Virus record (IMG/VR): IMGVR_UViG_3300020045_015898
Coordinates: 1 to 64,000 of that record
Length of the DNA: 64,000 nucleotides
Strand: one strand, 5' to 3'
Origin: a virus
Taxonomy: Duplodnaviria; Heunggongvirae; Uroviricota; Caudoviricetes; Crassvirales
The first letter of the stretch is position 1; every line of letters starts with the position of its first letter. The translations under genes were made by a program, and so were the position numbers. The notes beneath the pieces were generated by a model. That model worked only from the letters and a program-made list of their open reading frames with translations. It was not told the origin of the DNA and made no database searches. This document shows, in pieces, positions 47,950 to 57,920 of the stretch.

Positions 47950-48989
47950 TGGGATTTAAGAATAGAGAATTTAAAAAACTACCAACAGAAAGTGACATAT
48001 TAGAATTAATAACAGACTTAGATATTTTTTCTTTTTACTTAGGAGCAATACCAAAAAAGTTGATATGTAGTCCTTTAAGGAATGACAAAATACCTTCTTT
48101 TGGATTATTTAAAAGCGATAAGTACAATAGAGTTTTTTATAAAGATTTTGCAAATGGAGAATCTGGAAATTGTTTTGTGTTTGTAAAAAAATTGTTTAAT
48201 CTTTCTAGAGTAACGGATGCTTATACAAGAGTAGCTTCTGATTTTTCAATGACACAATTTGAAACTGTCATTCCAATACCTTTCGAAAAACTTAAAAGCT
48301 ATGTTGCAAAAAGTAACGAAGGAAAGATTGAGAAAGATAAGATTGAGATTAAAGTGAAAGTAAGAGCATGGAGTAACGAGGATAGAGATTACTGGTTCTT
48401 GAAGTATGGAATAAACATTTCCCTTTTAAGAGAATGTCAAGTATATCCTATCTCTCATTATTTCCTTAACTCTTATTGTACAAAAGTAATCGGATTAGCT
48501 TATGCATTTGTAGAAAATAAAGATGGCAAACAGACATACAAGATCTATCAGCCATTTGGAGAAAACAAGTGGATTAATAATAATAATTACTCTGTATGGG
48601 AATTGTGGACCCAAATGCCATTAGTTGGCAAAACTTTAATAATAACATCAAGCAGAAAAGATGCTATGGTTATAAAAAGTTTGTTTCTACCATCAGAAGT
48701 CACATCTTGTGCTCTTCAGGGAGAAAATTTTAAACCTAAAATGATAGTCATGGAAGAATTGACTGCAAGATTTGATAGAACATTAATTTTATACGACAAT
48801 GACAAAACAAAGAAAGAGAATTGGGGTAAGATTGCAGCAGCTAAAATTGTTAAAGAATACGCTTCTTTGGGCTTGCAGCAAATTGAAATACCTGATACCT
48901 ACGAAGAAAAAGACATTTCTGACTACCGGGAAGTTCACGGTAAAGAAAAATCCATTAATCTCTTAAATTATCTAATGAATGTTAGTTAA
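47949..48989 (+). CDS. TOPRIM-domain primase-like protein
   Basis: TLIITSSRKDAMV (conserved E/acidic-less variant) and LILYDNDKT resembling Toprim DxD motif; position near helicases. Confidence 0.4.
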   Translation: MGFKNREFKKLPTESDILELITDLDIFSFYLGAIPKKLICSPLRNDKIPSFGLFKSDKYNRVFYKDFANGESGNCFVFVKKLFNLSRVTDAYTRVASDFSMTQFETVIPIPFEKLKSYVAKSNEGKIEKDKIEIKVKVRAWSNEDRDYWFLKYGINISLLRECQVYPISHYFLNSYCTKVIGLAYAFVENKDGKQTYKIYQPFGENKWINNNNYSVWELWTQMPLVGKTLIITSSRKDAMVIKSLFLPSEVTSCALQGENFKPKMIVMEELTARFDRTLILYDNDKTKKENWGKIAAAKIVKEYASLGLQQIEIPDTYEEKDISDYREVHGKEKSINLLNYLMNVS

Positions 48990-49206
48990 AAGAAAAAAAA
49001 AAGCTTCAATTGATGAATTAGACGGAGTTAAATTTACTCACGAAAGCGAAAATATTGTTTATACTATTTCAAAAGAAAGTGACGAAAATTTATTTAAAGT
49101 TTCTTGGGAAAAAAATCATATTAACGACTATGAAGGAAGCGTAAATTATTTAAGAGAAGAAATAGTTGAGAAAATAAAAAGAGGAGTTTGGAAAATAGTC
49201 TGTTAA
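48979..49206 (+). CDS. hypothetical protein (75 aa)
   Basis: ORF. Confidence 0.3.
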   Translation: MLVKRKKKASIDELDGVKFTHESENIVYTISKESDENLFKVSWEKNHINDYEGSVNYLREEIVEKIKRGVWKIVC

Positions 49207-49469
49207 AGAAAAAAAAAGAGAAAGTTGTACTAAAACCTTTAGTAAAACCTATTACAATGTGTGAGATTTTTTTCAAAAAAGGATATGTTCTCAATAATTC
49301 AAAATTAATTAAATCAGAAAAGCCTGATTTTGTTCTTGGAAATGAATTAACATTCGTAGAAAGTTACAATGTTGTTTACGCTAAATTCATTAATGATGGA
49401 TCTGGCATTGGAAACACATGGACTGTGTATAAAAATGGCGAATACGCTAGAATAATAAAAACTAATTAA
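49188..49469 (+). CDS. hypothetical protein (93 aa)
   Basis: ORF. Confidence 0.3.
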   Translation: MENSLLKKKKEKVVLKPLVKPITMCEIFFKKGYVLNNSKLIKSEKPDFVLGNELTFVESYNVVYAKFINDGSGIGNTWTVYKNGEYARIIKTN

Positions 49470-49493
49470 AAATAAAACAAAAACAAAAAAAAG

Positions 49494-50534
49494 ATGAACA
49501 ATAGAGTAATCAACACGAATTTATTAAAAAAAGAGGAAGTATTTAGAATTTTAGCGTTAGCTGAAGCAACAGGCTTAGCAATGTTACTAATCGGGCCTCC
49601 GGGAGTCGCTAAGACTGCGTCTGTAATTGACTATGCTAAGGCTGCCGGGAATGGAACTCTATCTAATGATGAATTATTCATTTTAGAGACAGACGAAGGA
49701 ACTAAAAGTACAGCGATTAAAGGAAATATTGATTTAGAAGAGCTTACTCTTAATCAAAAGTATAAAGTAATTTCTCCAATTACAAAAGCAAAATTTGTTG
49801 TAATTAATGAGGTTGATAAAGCGTCAGCGTCTCTTCGTAATTCATTATTAGGAGTAATGAATGAGAAAGTATTGTTTAATGGTAAAGATTCAGTTCCATG
49901 TGATTGGAATGTGTTTGTTGCAACTTGTAATAAAATTCCGGAAGATGAAATTGGGTCTCCATTCTGGGATAGATTTATGATTACATTTGAAGTAGAAAGA
50001 GTGCGTCAAAGTGATATCATGGACTACTATGCTAAAGGAGCAAAAGCTTTTAAGAAAGCTAATTCTGTTGTTATTCCAGAGCCATCTGATATTGCTGCAA
50101 TCACATTGACTACTTCAAAATTAAGCAAAGTTGTTGACTTAGCTTATGGTAAATTATCAGATAGAACTCTTTCTTATCTTCCAACTCTTGTTAAAAACAT
50201 CATGGTAGTCTATTCTCTTGCTGAGAATGGAGCTTTAATTAAAGCTGTAGAATTATTAATCGGCAAGGCAGAGGCTAATGTTTTAGCAAAATCTTTAGTT
50301 CCTCAAGAATTGAGATTAATCTATGATAAAATAGATTTGCTTGCTGCAGCTTCAGACTACAACGAGTATTCTCGTATAACTGATGAAATTAACTTAATGA
50401 CAGTTGATTTGATTAAGAAAAACAAACTTTCTGATGTTGACAAAGCAGACATTCAAGTTAGATATGAGCAAGCTCAAGATAAACTTGAATTTTTAATTGA
50501 AGATGATTCAGTAACTGACGAAGGCGAATTTTAA
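49494..50534 (+). CDS. MoxR-like AAA+ ATPase
   Basis: Walker A MLLIGPPGVAKTA, Walker B FVVINEVDKA, size about 346 aa, immediately upstream of a VWA protein. Confidence 0.6.
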   Translation: MNNRVINTNLLKKEEVFRILALAEATGLAMLLIGPPGVAKTASVIDYAKAAGNGTLSNDELFILETDEGTKSTAIKGNIDLEELTLNQKYKVISPITKAKFVVINEVDKASASLRNSLLGVMNEKVLFNGKDSVPCDWNVFVATCNKIPEDEIGSPFWDRFMITFEVERVRQSDIMDYYAKGAKAFKKANSVVIPEPSDIAAITLTTSKLSKVVDLAYGKLSDRTLSYLPTLVKNIMVVYSLAENGALIKAVELLIGKAEANVLAKSLVPQELRLIYDKIDLLAAASDYNEYSRITDEINLMTVDLIKKNKLSDVDKADIQVRYEQAQDKLEFLIEDDSVTDEGEF

Positions 50535-50554
50535 TCATAAAAAAAAAACAATAA

Positions 50555-52027
50555 ATGGACTTCTTTAAAAAAGTTAATAAAAAAGCGGGGTCATTGGCTC
50601 CGCTTAAAAAATTCTATGATCCTTATGAGGAATCAGATGGATTTTTAAAAAAAGTTAGAAAGGAAGTTATTTTGCCTGGTGTAACTAGGTATGAAGAAGC
50701 TAGGCTATCTAAAATTCATAAATACATTGAAGAAAAAACAGGAAAACCTTCCACTCTTCCTCAACACATGCTTAACGACGTTTACAGTATGTACGTCAAT
50801 AGAGATATAAAAAAGAAACCTATAACTAAATACAACGCAATTAAGCAAAAAGTTATAGATTCAACTTATAACTCTCTTACAAAAATGGTTGCTAAGGATT
50901 CCGTATTATTCTCTCAAATTGTAACTAGGGAGATTTCACTTTACATGCAACAAGTTCAAGATTTAATTGAAGAAGAAACAAAAGATGAAAATGGTAACAA
51001 AAGCGGAGTACCTGGAATGGACCAAGAGGGAGAAGATCCGGATGATCAACCAGGTATGGGCCAAGGTTCCGGACAAGGAGACGGTAGTGGAGATCCAGAA
51101 GGAGAGGGCGAAGGAGATTCTCAAGGAAATGGACCTCCTTCGGGAGGAACTGGAGCGGGCAAAGGCCCTTCATCAGGTTCGCCATCCCCAAAAGGGTTTG
51201 AGAAAAAAGTTGATGATATAATTAAGCAAAGTCAAAACAAACTAGATCAAGCAATGAAAAATGCTGAAAAAGAAATCAAAGAAATTGAGGACTTGCTAGG
51301 AAAAGACGCTGCTAAAGAATTAAGCGACACTGACTCAAATTTCTTAGAAGATTTTAATAGATTGAAAGCATTATTGAAAAAAGTTACCTTTAATAAAGAT
51401 AACATAAAAACAGTATTGATGAAAATCCTAAATAAGTCTCAAAATTACTTTTCTAAAAATGCGGTAACCATTGAAGAAAGTATATTTGATGCTGAAGAAT
51501 TAGAAGAATTGTTTGGTTTAGAATATCTTCATCCTATTTTCAGGAATGCAGGAATAATGGATATTGGTAATGAAGGAAAGCTTTATACCGGTAAAATTGA
51601 CTTGTATTTAGATTGTTCTGGATCTATGAGTAGTACTGCCAATTTTGGAGGTTCTAACATAAAAATGTCTGAATTAGTAAAAGGAATTGCAATCATTCTT
51701 TATAGAATGAATATGATTGATAGATTATTTTTCTTTGACACAGGTCTTTATGAGATTAAAAATATCAATGAATTTACTATACTATCTTTTGATAGAAGTG
51801 GAGGAACTGATTTTGATCTTGTTGTAGATCAGGCTTTGTCAACTAAAAGAAATTCAGTCGTAATTACTGATGGTGAAGACGGAGTTAGCAAATACGCTAA
51901 AAATGTATTTTGGATTGGTATTGGAGGAACTAAGTTTCAAAGAAATGACGAATTCAAAACATACAGAGCATTAAGACAATGCGTCACTTACAATCCGTCA
52001 ACAACTAATTTTGACTATTGTAAATAA
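50555..52027 (+). CDS. von Willebrand factor A (VWA) domain protein with Gly/Asp/Glu-rich disordered linker
   Basis: MIDAS motif DLYLDCSGSMSS; low-complexity PGMGQGSGQGDGSGDPEGEGEGDSQGNGPPSGGTGAGKG segment; paired with MoxR ATPase. Confidence 0.6.
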   Translation: MDFFKKVNKKAGSLAPLKKFYDPYEESDGFLKKVRKEVILPGVTRYEEARLSKIHKYIEEKTGKPSTLPQHMLNDVYSMYVNRDIKKKPITKYNAIKQKVIDSTYNSLTKMVAKDSVLFSQIVTREISLYMQQVQDLIEEETKDENGNKSGVPGMDQEGEDPDDQPGMGQGSGQGDGSGDPEGEGEGDSQGNGPPSGGTGAGKGPSSGSPSPKGFEKKVDDIIKQSQNKLDQAMKNAEKEIKEIEDLLGKDAAKELSDTDSNFLEDFNRLKALLKKVTFNKDNIKTVLMKILNKSQNYFSKNAVTIEESIFDAEELEELFGLEYLHPIFRNAGIMDIGNEGKLYTGKIDLYLDCSGSMSSTANFGGSNIKMSELVKGIAIILYRMNMIDRLFFFDTGLYEIKNINEFTILSFDRSGGTDFDLVVDQALSTKRNSVVITDGEDGVSKYAKNVFWIGIGGTKFQRNDEFKTYRALRQCVTYNPSTTNFDYCK

Positions 52028-52044
52028 ATAAATATAATGCACGA

Positions 52045-52512
52045 ATGGAGTTGAAAAAGAAGAATGAAAAAGAAAGTGTTGAAAGTGTGTTTTTTTGCCC
52101 AACAGGCACGCCAAGTTCAAAGAATAGTAGGCAATGGACTGGGAGAAGATTTCTCCCATCCAAAGCTACAACTTTATGGCGAACAGAAACAGAGCAATGG
52201 TGGTTAGACAATAAAAAAAGATTCGAAAAAGACTTAATTGGACTCGAAAAACCTTATTTAATTGGAATCCACTTTGTGAGAAAGAGTAAGCATAAGTTTG
52301 ACTTTGTAAATCCTGTACAGACAATTCAAGATGAAATGACTAAACATGGATACATTGTTGACGACAATTGTGATGAGATGATGCCTTTTCCTTTAAGTAT
52401 TAAAGGTCAATGGTTTTCTTATAGCAAAGACAAGCCAGGAGCTTACGTTAAAATTTTCAGAGATAAAAACGAGATAGAATCAATTTTGAATCTATTAAAG
52501 ATTAATCCTTAA
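52045..52512 (+). CDS. RusA-like Holliday junction resolvase
   Basis: 155 aa; PSSKNSRQW and IVDDNCDEM acidic cluster resembling RusA catalytic D-x-D-N region. Confidence 0.35.
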   Translation: MELKKKNEKESVESVFFCPTGTPSSKNSRQWTGRRFLPSKATTLWRTETEQWWLDNKKRFEKDLIGLEKPYLIGIHFVRKSKHKFDFVNPVQTIQDEMTKHGYIVDDNCDEMMPFPLSIKGQWFSYSKDKPGAYVKIFRDKNEIESILNLLKINP

Positions 52513-52521
52513 TAATACCAC

Positions 52522-52785
52522 ATGACAACAACAGAGTTATTAGCATTAGCTAACAGAACTTTAGAAAAAAACGCAATGACAGCTTTTGCCGATGCATTGC
52601 GAGAAAAAAAGTTTACTCATATTAGAAATATAGCTGAGAGATGCATTGACAAAGCAAAAGATGCCTTGATAGAGAATGCAATTAGAGAATATTGCGACCC
52701 GGTTGTAACTTCTCATTATAAATTAGCAAATGACTTAATGAATGAGACATTAGAGTTTATAATAGTTAATTCAGAAGTTAATTAA
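52522..52785 (+). CDS. hypothetical protein (87 aa)
   Basis: ORF. Confidence 0.3.
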   Translation: MTTTELLALANRTLEKNAMTAFADALREKKFTHIRNIAERCIDKAKDALIENAIREYCDPVVTSHYKLANDLMNETLEFIIVNSEVN

Positions 52786-53891
52786 TGATTGCTGATCACA
52801 ACCTGCAAATCCCCGAACAAGAGTACAGGGATTTAGCTTTGCCGTCATATAGCATGTTATCTGGAATATCAAAAGGAGGAATAGATGTTATGACTGGAGT
52901 GAAAAACAGCATTTTTGTGCTTAAGTTTGGAAGCTTAGTTGATGATATGTGTTTTGATACACAAAAAGTGAAAACTAAGTATCATCTTGCTGGGGCTTTA
53001 AAAAGTCCAACTCCAAATGTTAAAGGAATTGTTGACCAAGTAATTGCGTCAGTTTTAGCCGGAGAAAATGAAGATAGTTCTTTTAATATCGTAAAGAAAA
53101 AGAAAATGAACTCGCTTTCATCAATAGCTATGGATCTGAATAATTATGGAGATACTATTATGCTTGCCGCAAAAGTTAGTAATGTTTATCAAACTTATAG
53201 TAGAGAAAAAGTAATTTCTACTGTAGTTTCTGCAGGACAAGCTTATTTTGAAGACTCATTAACCTCAAGAGGAAAGATTCTTATAAAGAAAGAGATGTGG
53301 GATAAAGCAATGGCAACTTCAATGACTCTTGCTACGCATCAATTTTCTAAAGGATATTTTGATATCGTTCCTGGAATTGAATTATTTTACCAATATAAAT
53401 TTGTAACAGAAGTAAAAGGTAGGAGAACAAAAGGAATGTTGGATATTCTTAAAGTTGATCACAACACAAAAACAGTTTATCCTGTTGATTTAAAGACAGG
53501 AGAATTACCTGTATCTAAGTTTCCTGAAATAATGCTAATGTATGGATATTATATTCAAGCAGGATTATACAGAGAAGCCATAATGAGTATAGTTGAATCC
53601 GATCCTGATTTAGCTGGATACACAGTAGCTCCATTTGAGTTTTTGTATATTTCTAAAGAGAATCCTACAAAACCGTTAATTTATACTGTTCCTGAAAGAA
53701 TGCATCACGCAAGCTTAGTTGGTTTTACAGATAGATATGGCACAAAACACAAAGGAATTGTATCTTTATTGAAAGAGTACTACGACTGCAAAGAAGGCAT
53801 GTTTTGTCAATACACAGAAGAGGAATATGATCAAGATGGTAAAATACCATTTGAAGAAGACTTAATAAAAGAAATTTACGATGAAAATTAA
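52785..53891 (+). CDS. PD-(D/E)XK-family nuclease (RecB/lambda-exonuclease-like)
   Basis: DILKVDHNTKTVYPVDLKTGE fits D...(D/E)xK core; C-terminal Cys pair (YDCKEGMFCQY). Confidence 0.4.
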   Translation: MIADHNLQIPEQEYRDLALPSYSMLSGISKGGIDVMTGVKNSIFVLKFGSLVDDMCFDTQKVKTKYHLAGALKSPTPNVKGIVDQVIASVLAGENEDSSFNIVKKKKMNSLSSIAMDLNNYGDTIMLAAKVSNVYQTYSREKVISTVVSAGQAYFEDSLTSRGKILIKKEMWDKAMATSMTLATHQFSKGYFDIVPGIELFYQYKFVTEVKGRRTKGMLDILKVDHNTKTVYPVDLKTGELPVSKFPEIMLMYGYYIQAGLYREAIMSIVESDPDLAGYTVAPFEFLYISKENPTKPLIYTVPERMHHASLVGFTDRYGTKHKGIVSLLKEYYDCKEGMFCQYTEEEYDQDGKIPFEEDLIKEIYDEN

Positions 53892-54447
53892 AAATGTTAG
53901 ATTAACTATAACTCCTACAAAGAGTTCTACTTACTTTCTTCCAATTTTAAATTCATTAATCAATTTTAAGTTTTTGCATCTTTTACAGAATTCATACATA
54001 ATGAATTCTATTGAAGAGGGTTGCTTTAGTGTCCTTTACAAATGGAATGGAAAGCCAGATTTCACTGAATGGGAAACTGAACTTATGAATCATCACTTAT
54101 TTATTGGTCATGAAGACTATGATGAGTATGTTTTATATAAGTTTAAACTGCCTAAGAACGCTCAAGAGCTTCTTAAATTGTTTATTCAAGGAAAGTATAG
54201 TGAATATCCAGATATCGCTAAAAATGCAGTAAAAAGCTTTTTAGAAAGTAGAGGATTCTTGAATGCTGATAAAATATTTAGAATAATGAATCTTGATGAA
54301 GATTTAAGATTACAAATGCAACGGGATTCAGGCACTACAATTCCCAAGGGGAATGAATTGTCTACTCCGCCTGACATAGAAGCGGAGAATTTTATGAATT
54401 CAGTAAAATTTCTTTCAAGTAAAGGAGTTGCTGAATTTGGTTGTTAA
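53881..54447 (+). CDS. hypothetical protein (188 aa)
   Basis: ORF. Confidence 0.3.
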   Translation: MKIKNVRLTITPTKSSTYFLPILNSLINFKFLHLLQNSYIMNSIEEGCFSVLYKWNGKPDFTEWETELMNHHLFIGHEDYDEYVLYKFKLPKNAQELLKLFIQGKYSEYPDIAKNAVKSFLESRGFLNADKIFRIMNLDEDLRLQMQRDSGTTIPKGNELSTPPDIEAENFMNSVKFLSSKGVAEFGC

Positions 54448-54463
54448 CTTAAAATCTTAAATT

Positions 54464-54844
54464 ATGTTTTTAGTAAAAAAGGCTACGAAGCCACTAGGAA
54501 TTGGAAGTATAGTCGCTGTTTCAAAAGAAAAACTTGATACATACTACAAAAAAAAGTCAGGAGGATTTAATGATAGATTAACCGGTCAAAGATATATTGT
54601 ATTATCCAAAATAAATTCTTGTGATCAAAAAATAATAAGAGTACTTAATATTCACACATTATCAACTCAGGATTCAAATACAATTAGATTTTTGACTCCA
54701 AAAAAGTTAAGATTAACTTTTTTAGCCTTATCAGCAATTGAAGACGCTAAGCAATCATACACATCTATATTTGGGGAATCAGGAAAAAAAGACGTTCAAG
54801 AAGATTTATTGAGAGTTTATGGAGCCAGTATTTCTAAAATATAG
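54464..54844 (+). CDS. hypothetical protein (126 aa)
   Basis: ORF. Confidence 0.3.
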   Translation: MFLVKKATKPLGIGSIVAVSKEKLDTYYKKKSGGFNDRLTGQRYIVLSKINSCDQKIIRVLNIHTLSTQDSNTIRFLTPKKLRLTFLALSAIEDAKQSYTSIFGESGKKDVQEDLLRVYGASISKI

Positions 54845-54909
54845 ACATGGTAAAGAAATTACACTCCTTGAATTAATTGAGGAGTGTGAACTTGAGCAAA
54901 AGATGAAAG

Positions 54910-55218
54910 ATGAAGAAGAAAGCGCAAGTAGAAACAGCGAAAGAAAAAGAGAACAGGATTCAGAAATGGAGAAGTAAAACTTATAGTTGGGATAAAACTG
55001 ACATGAAATATTGTCTAGATAATGGCTTATCTATATATCCTGCTTGTCAACCAAACGGTAAATTAAAATTGTTTGCTCAGCAAGGAGAAAGATTTAAACC
55101 ATTAGACAATAAGTTATATGGACAAAATAATGAAGAAGAATGTCTTGAATACACAGTAGCTATAATTTTAGCGTATAGCGAATACGCTGACAAAATAAGA
55201 TTAAAAAAGAAAGAATGA
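54910..55218 (+). CDS. hypothetical protein (102 aa)
   Basis: ORF. Confidence 0.3.
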   Translation: MKKKAQVETAKEKENRIQKWRSKTYSWDKTDMKYCLDNGLSIYPACQPNGKLKLFAQQGERFKPLDNKLYGQNNEEECLEYTVAIILAYSEYADKIRLKKKE

Positions 55219-55457
55219 TTGGATCTGAGTTTGAATTAAATAAAAGAACTTACGTTTTAATTAAAGAAGAAAATAAAGGGCACTGCACAGGATGCGTGTT
55301 TGAGAATATTCATGATAAAGACAAAAATCTTTGTTATTTAATTTATTCTACAAAAGCAAGCTCTGATGAGAATAAAATGTGTCAATCTTTTGATGCAATA
55401 TTTGCTGAAGTTTTTCCTGAAGTAATAAAAGGCGTTAAAAAAAAAATATCGTTATGA
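55215..55457 (+). CDS. small Cys-rich protein, paralog A (MIG...CxxC...KKKISL)
   Basis: shares N-terminal MIG, CTGC/CLGC motif and C-terminal KKKI-SL/NL with next ORF. Confidence 0.35.
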   Translation: MIGSEFELNKRTYVLIKEENKGHCTGCVFENIHDKDKNLCYLIYSTKASSDENKMCQSFDAIFAEVFPEVIKGVKKKISL

Positions 55458-55684
55458 TTGGAGAATTATATACAATGAATGGTTTAAGAACCAAGCTTGT
55501 TGAAGAAGAGTCAGCAGGCAGTTGTCTTGGATGTTGTTTTTCAGAAGTAGATGAAGATGACTGCCATAATGAATGTTTGTTTCATTCAAAAGAAGGAGAA
55601 AGTCTAGAGTGCGGAAACGTAAACGGGATTTACAAAAAACTTGATTTAAAAAAAGGACTTAAAAAAAAAATAAACTTAAATTAA
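55454..55684 (+). CDS. small Cys-rich protein, paralog B
   Basis: tandem paralog of 55215-55457. Confidence 0.35.
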   Translation: MIGELYTMNGLRTKLVEEESAGSCLGCCFSEVDEDDCHNECLFHSKEGESLECGNVNGIYKKLDLKKGLKKKINLN

Positions 55685-55769
55685 AACTTACCTTAAATGG
55701 AAGAGAATAGATATTCTAATAAGTTCAAGAAAAAAAACGAACCTATCAAAGAGAAAAAAAGTAAAAATC

Positions 55770-56084
55770 TTGAGGCTCATAAAAAGCCTAAGTACAAAAA
55801 CAAATTTGAAGAAGATTAGTATGTTTGAAAAAAGAAAACAAATAGAAATGCCATTTGACGAAAGTAATTTGGAAGAATTGACTGATCCTAAGAAATTTAA
55901 GTATGCTACGAGAATTTATTTAAAATCTTATGGAGATTTACTTAGATTGAATGCTGTTGGAGTAATTACTACAGAAGATACTAATCAATTAGTATTAGCA
56001 ATGCCGCTTCATGAAATTTATCATTTAGTTTCAGCTCACAAAGCTAAATTATACAGACTTAAAGTTATTGAAGATGTTGATTAA
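55770..56084 (+). CDS. hypothetical protein (104 aa)
   Basis: ORF. Confidence 0.3.
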   Translation: MRLIKSLSTKTNLKKISMFEKRKQIEMPFDESNLEELTDPKKFKYATRIYLKSYGDLLRLNAVGVITTEDTNQLVLAMPLHEIYHLVSAHKAKLYRLKVIEDVD

Positions 56085-56367
56085 AAAGCGAGAAGAAAAA
56101 AAATTAAGATATGAAAAAGAATGGTTTATGTCTGAAATTAATTTGAATGGCAAAACTTATTATTCAAAAGATGGTTTTTTATTTAGTCACTCTAGACAAG
56201 ATAGAACTACATTGAATGATATAGTAAAGAATCAAAGTATAAATACACTTCAAGTGTTGTCTATTGAAAACAACAACGGAGATGTAGTTTCTTTAGGTAA
56301 TAATTACAGTCACATAAGTTTAAGTATAGTAGAAAGAGTTTTAATTCTAAAAGTAAGTCCTAGATGA
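56068..56367 (+). CDS. hypothetical protein (99 aa)
   Basis: ORF. Confidence 0.3.
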   Translation: MKMLIKKREEKKLRYEKEWFMSEINLNGKTYYSKDGFLFSHSRQDRTTLNDIVKNQSINTLQVLSIENNNGDVVSLGNNYSHISLSIVERVLILKVSPR

Positions 56368-56561
56368 AGTTAATTTACATGCAAGACACCATAGATCTAA
56401 TTGAAATTAGAAATGGCAAAACAGAGGCCCTAGCTATTATAGCAAAGGGCACTGTTATTCCTGGAGTAGAAGACTCGAACGAGAAGTCTTATTTATTAAT
56501 AGAAGAAAAAGAAGAAGATGTACAAGAAAATTTACAAGAAGGACACGAATGCGAATATTAG
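56364..56561 (+). CDS. hypothetical protein (65 aa)
   Basis: ORF. Confidence 0.25.
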   Translation: MKLIYMQDTIDLIEIRNGKTEALAIIAKGTVIPGVEDSNEKSYLLIEEKEEDVQENLQEGHECEY

Positions 56562-57621
56562 ATTCCTATGCGTAAGCACTTTTGAAGATGGATTGGCTCA
56601 GACTTCAGGCATCGAAGGAACTGATAATCCTGTAACTCATAGAAAATTTTGCAAAGGAAAAAACATTGGGAAATCCAATGAAACATCTCCGTCAGAGCAA
56701 GCAATATTAGAAGGAGAGGCAATTATTAAAGACAAGTTAACTAAAGGGTATTTTGAAACTATCGAAGAGGCAGGCAATGAAGAAGTAATTTTACCGATGC
56801 TTGCCCACGATTATTTTAATCATATCAAAAAGGTAAATTGGAAAGACAATTGGTATGTTCAGCCTAAGTTCGATGGAATGAGATGCCTTGCATTTGTAAA
56901 AGCAAGTGGAAGTGTTAAATTAATTTCTAGGACCGGAAAAGAAATCACCACTATGAATCACATTAAAAAAGAACTGTCTAAACTAAAAATAGATATAATT
57001 CTTGACGGTGAACTATATGTGCATGGAGAGAATTTTCAGGAAAACATGAGATACATTAAGAAATATGTATCTGGATTGTCAGAAAGAATTGACTTTCACA
57101 TCTATGACACAATCAACGAAGATGCATTCATAAAAAGATCAGAAAAAGTGAACAATATTTTAAACTCAGGAATAGAGTTTAAAAGCTTAAAGCCGGTATT
57201 TAGTTGCACTTGTCTTGATTATGAAGCATTAAAAATGTACCATAAAAACTTTATTGGTCAAGGTTACGAGGGTACAATGCTAAGAAAAAGAAATTCTTTG
57301 TATAAAGTTAATGGCAGAAGCCAAGACTTACTTAAATACAAAGACTTTAAAGATCTAGCTCTACCAATACTTGATATTGTTCCTTATGACACAAATCCTT
57401 CAATAGGAAGTCCAATATATCATTGGCCAGGAGCAAGAGGGCATGACTTAGGTCCAGATATTTTAGGATCAGGAATAAGAGCAAGTCATGAAAAAAGGAA
57501 AGAAATGCTTGAAAACAAGCAAAATTACATTGGTAAAATTTACGAAGTAAGATTCTTTGAATACTCTGATAAAGGGGTTCCAAGATTCCCAATTACAATT
57601 GGAGAAAGGTTAGACAAGTGA
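56518..57621 (+). CDS. ATP-dependent DNA ligase
   Basis: adenylation motif I QPKFDGMRCLAF (KxDG), downstream LDGELYVHG, EGTMLRK motifs in ligase order; 367 aa. Confidence 0.75.
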   Translation: MYKKIYKKDTNANIRFLCVSTFEDGLAQTSGIEGTDNPVTHRKFCKGKNIGKSNETSPSEQAILEGEAIIKDKLTKGYFETIEEAGNEEVILPMLAHDYFNHIKKVNWKDNWYVQPKFDGMRCLAFVKASGSVKLISRTGKEITTMNHIKKELSKLKIDIILDGELYVHGENFQENMRYIKKYVSGLSERIDFHIYDTINEDAFIKRSEKVNNILNSGIEFKSLKPVFSCTCLDYEALKMYHKNFIGQGYEGTMLRKRNSLYKVNGRSQDLLKYKDFKDLALPILDIVPYDTNPSIGSPIYHWPGARGHDLGPDILGSGIRASHEKRKEMLENKQNYIGKIYEVRFFEYSDKGVPRFPITIGERLDK

Positions 57622-57908
57622 TGACTTTAGAAGAAATAGTAATTAAAGCAGCATTAATGCTACCAGAAGAAGGTTATTTGTTCATTGAAAACAATATAAA
57701 CAAGAATCATAAATTTACCGTAAAGGCAAATAAAAGAGTCTTAATATATATTGGTTTAATAGATCATAAAAATACAAAAAGGATAGTAATGCAAAGAAAA
57801 AGCACTAATTCTAATTTTACAATAACCTCTCATAAATTTTTTAAAAGAATACGCAGAAAGACATGGACGCAATTCATGGTTCACGAAAGAAAAAAATTAA
57901 TATTATAA
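57618..57908 (+). CDS. hypothetical basic protein (96 aa)
   Basis: ORF, start overlaps ligase stop (TGATGA). Confidence 0.3.
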   Translation: MMTLEEIVIKAALMLPEEGYLFIENNINKNHKFTVKANKRVLIYIGLIDHKNTKRIVMQRKSTNSNFTITSHKFFKRIRRKTWTQFMVHERKKLIL

Positions 57909-57920
57909 AACAAAAAAAAC

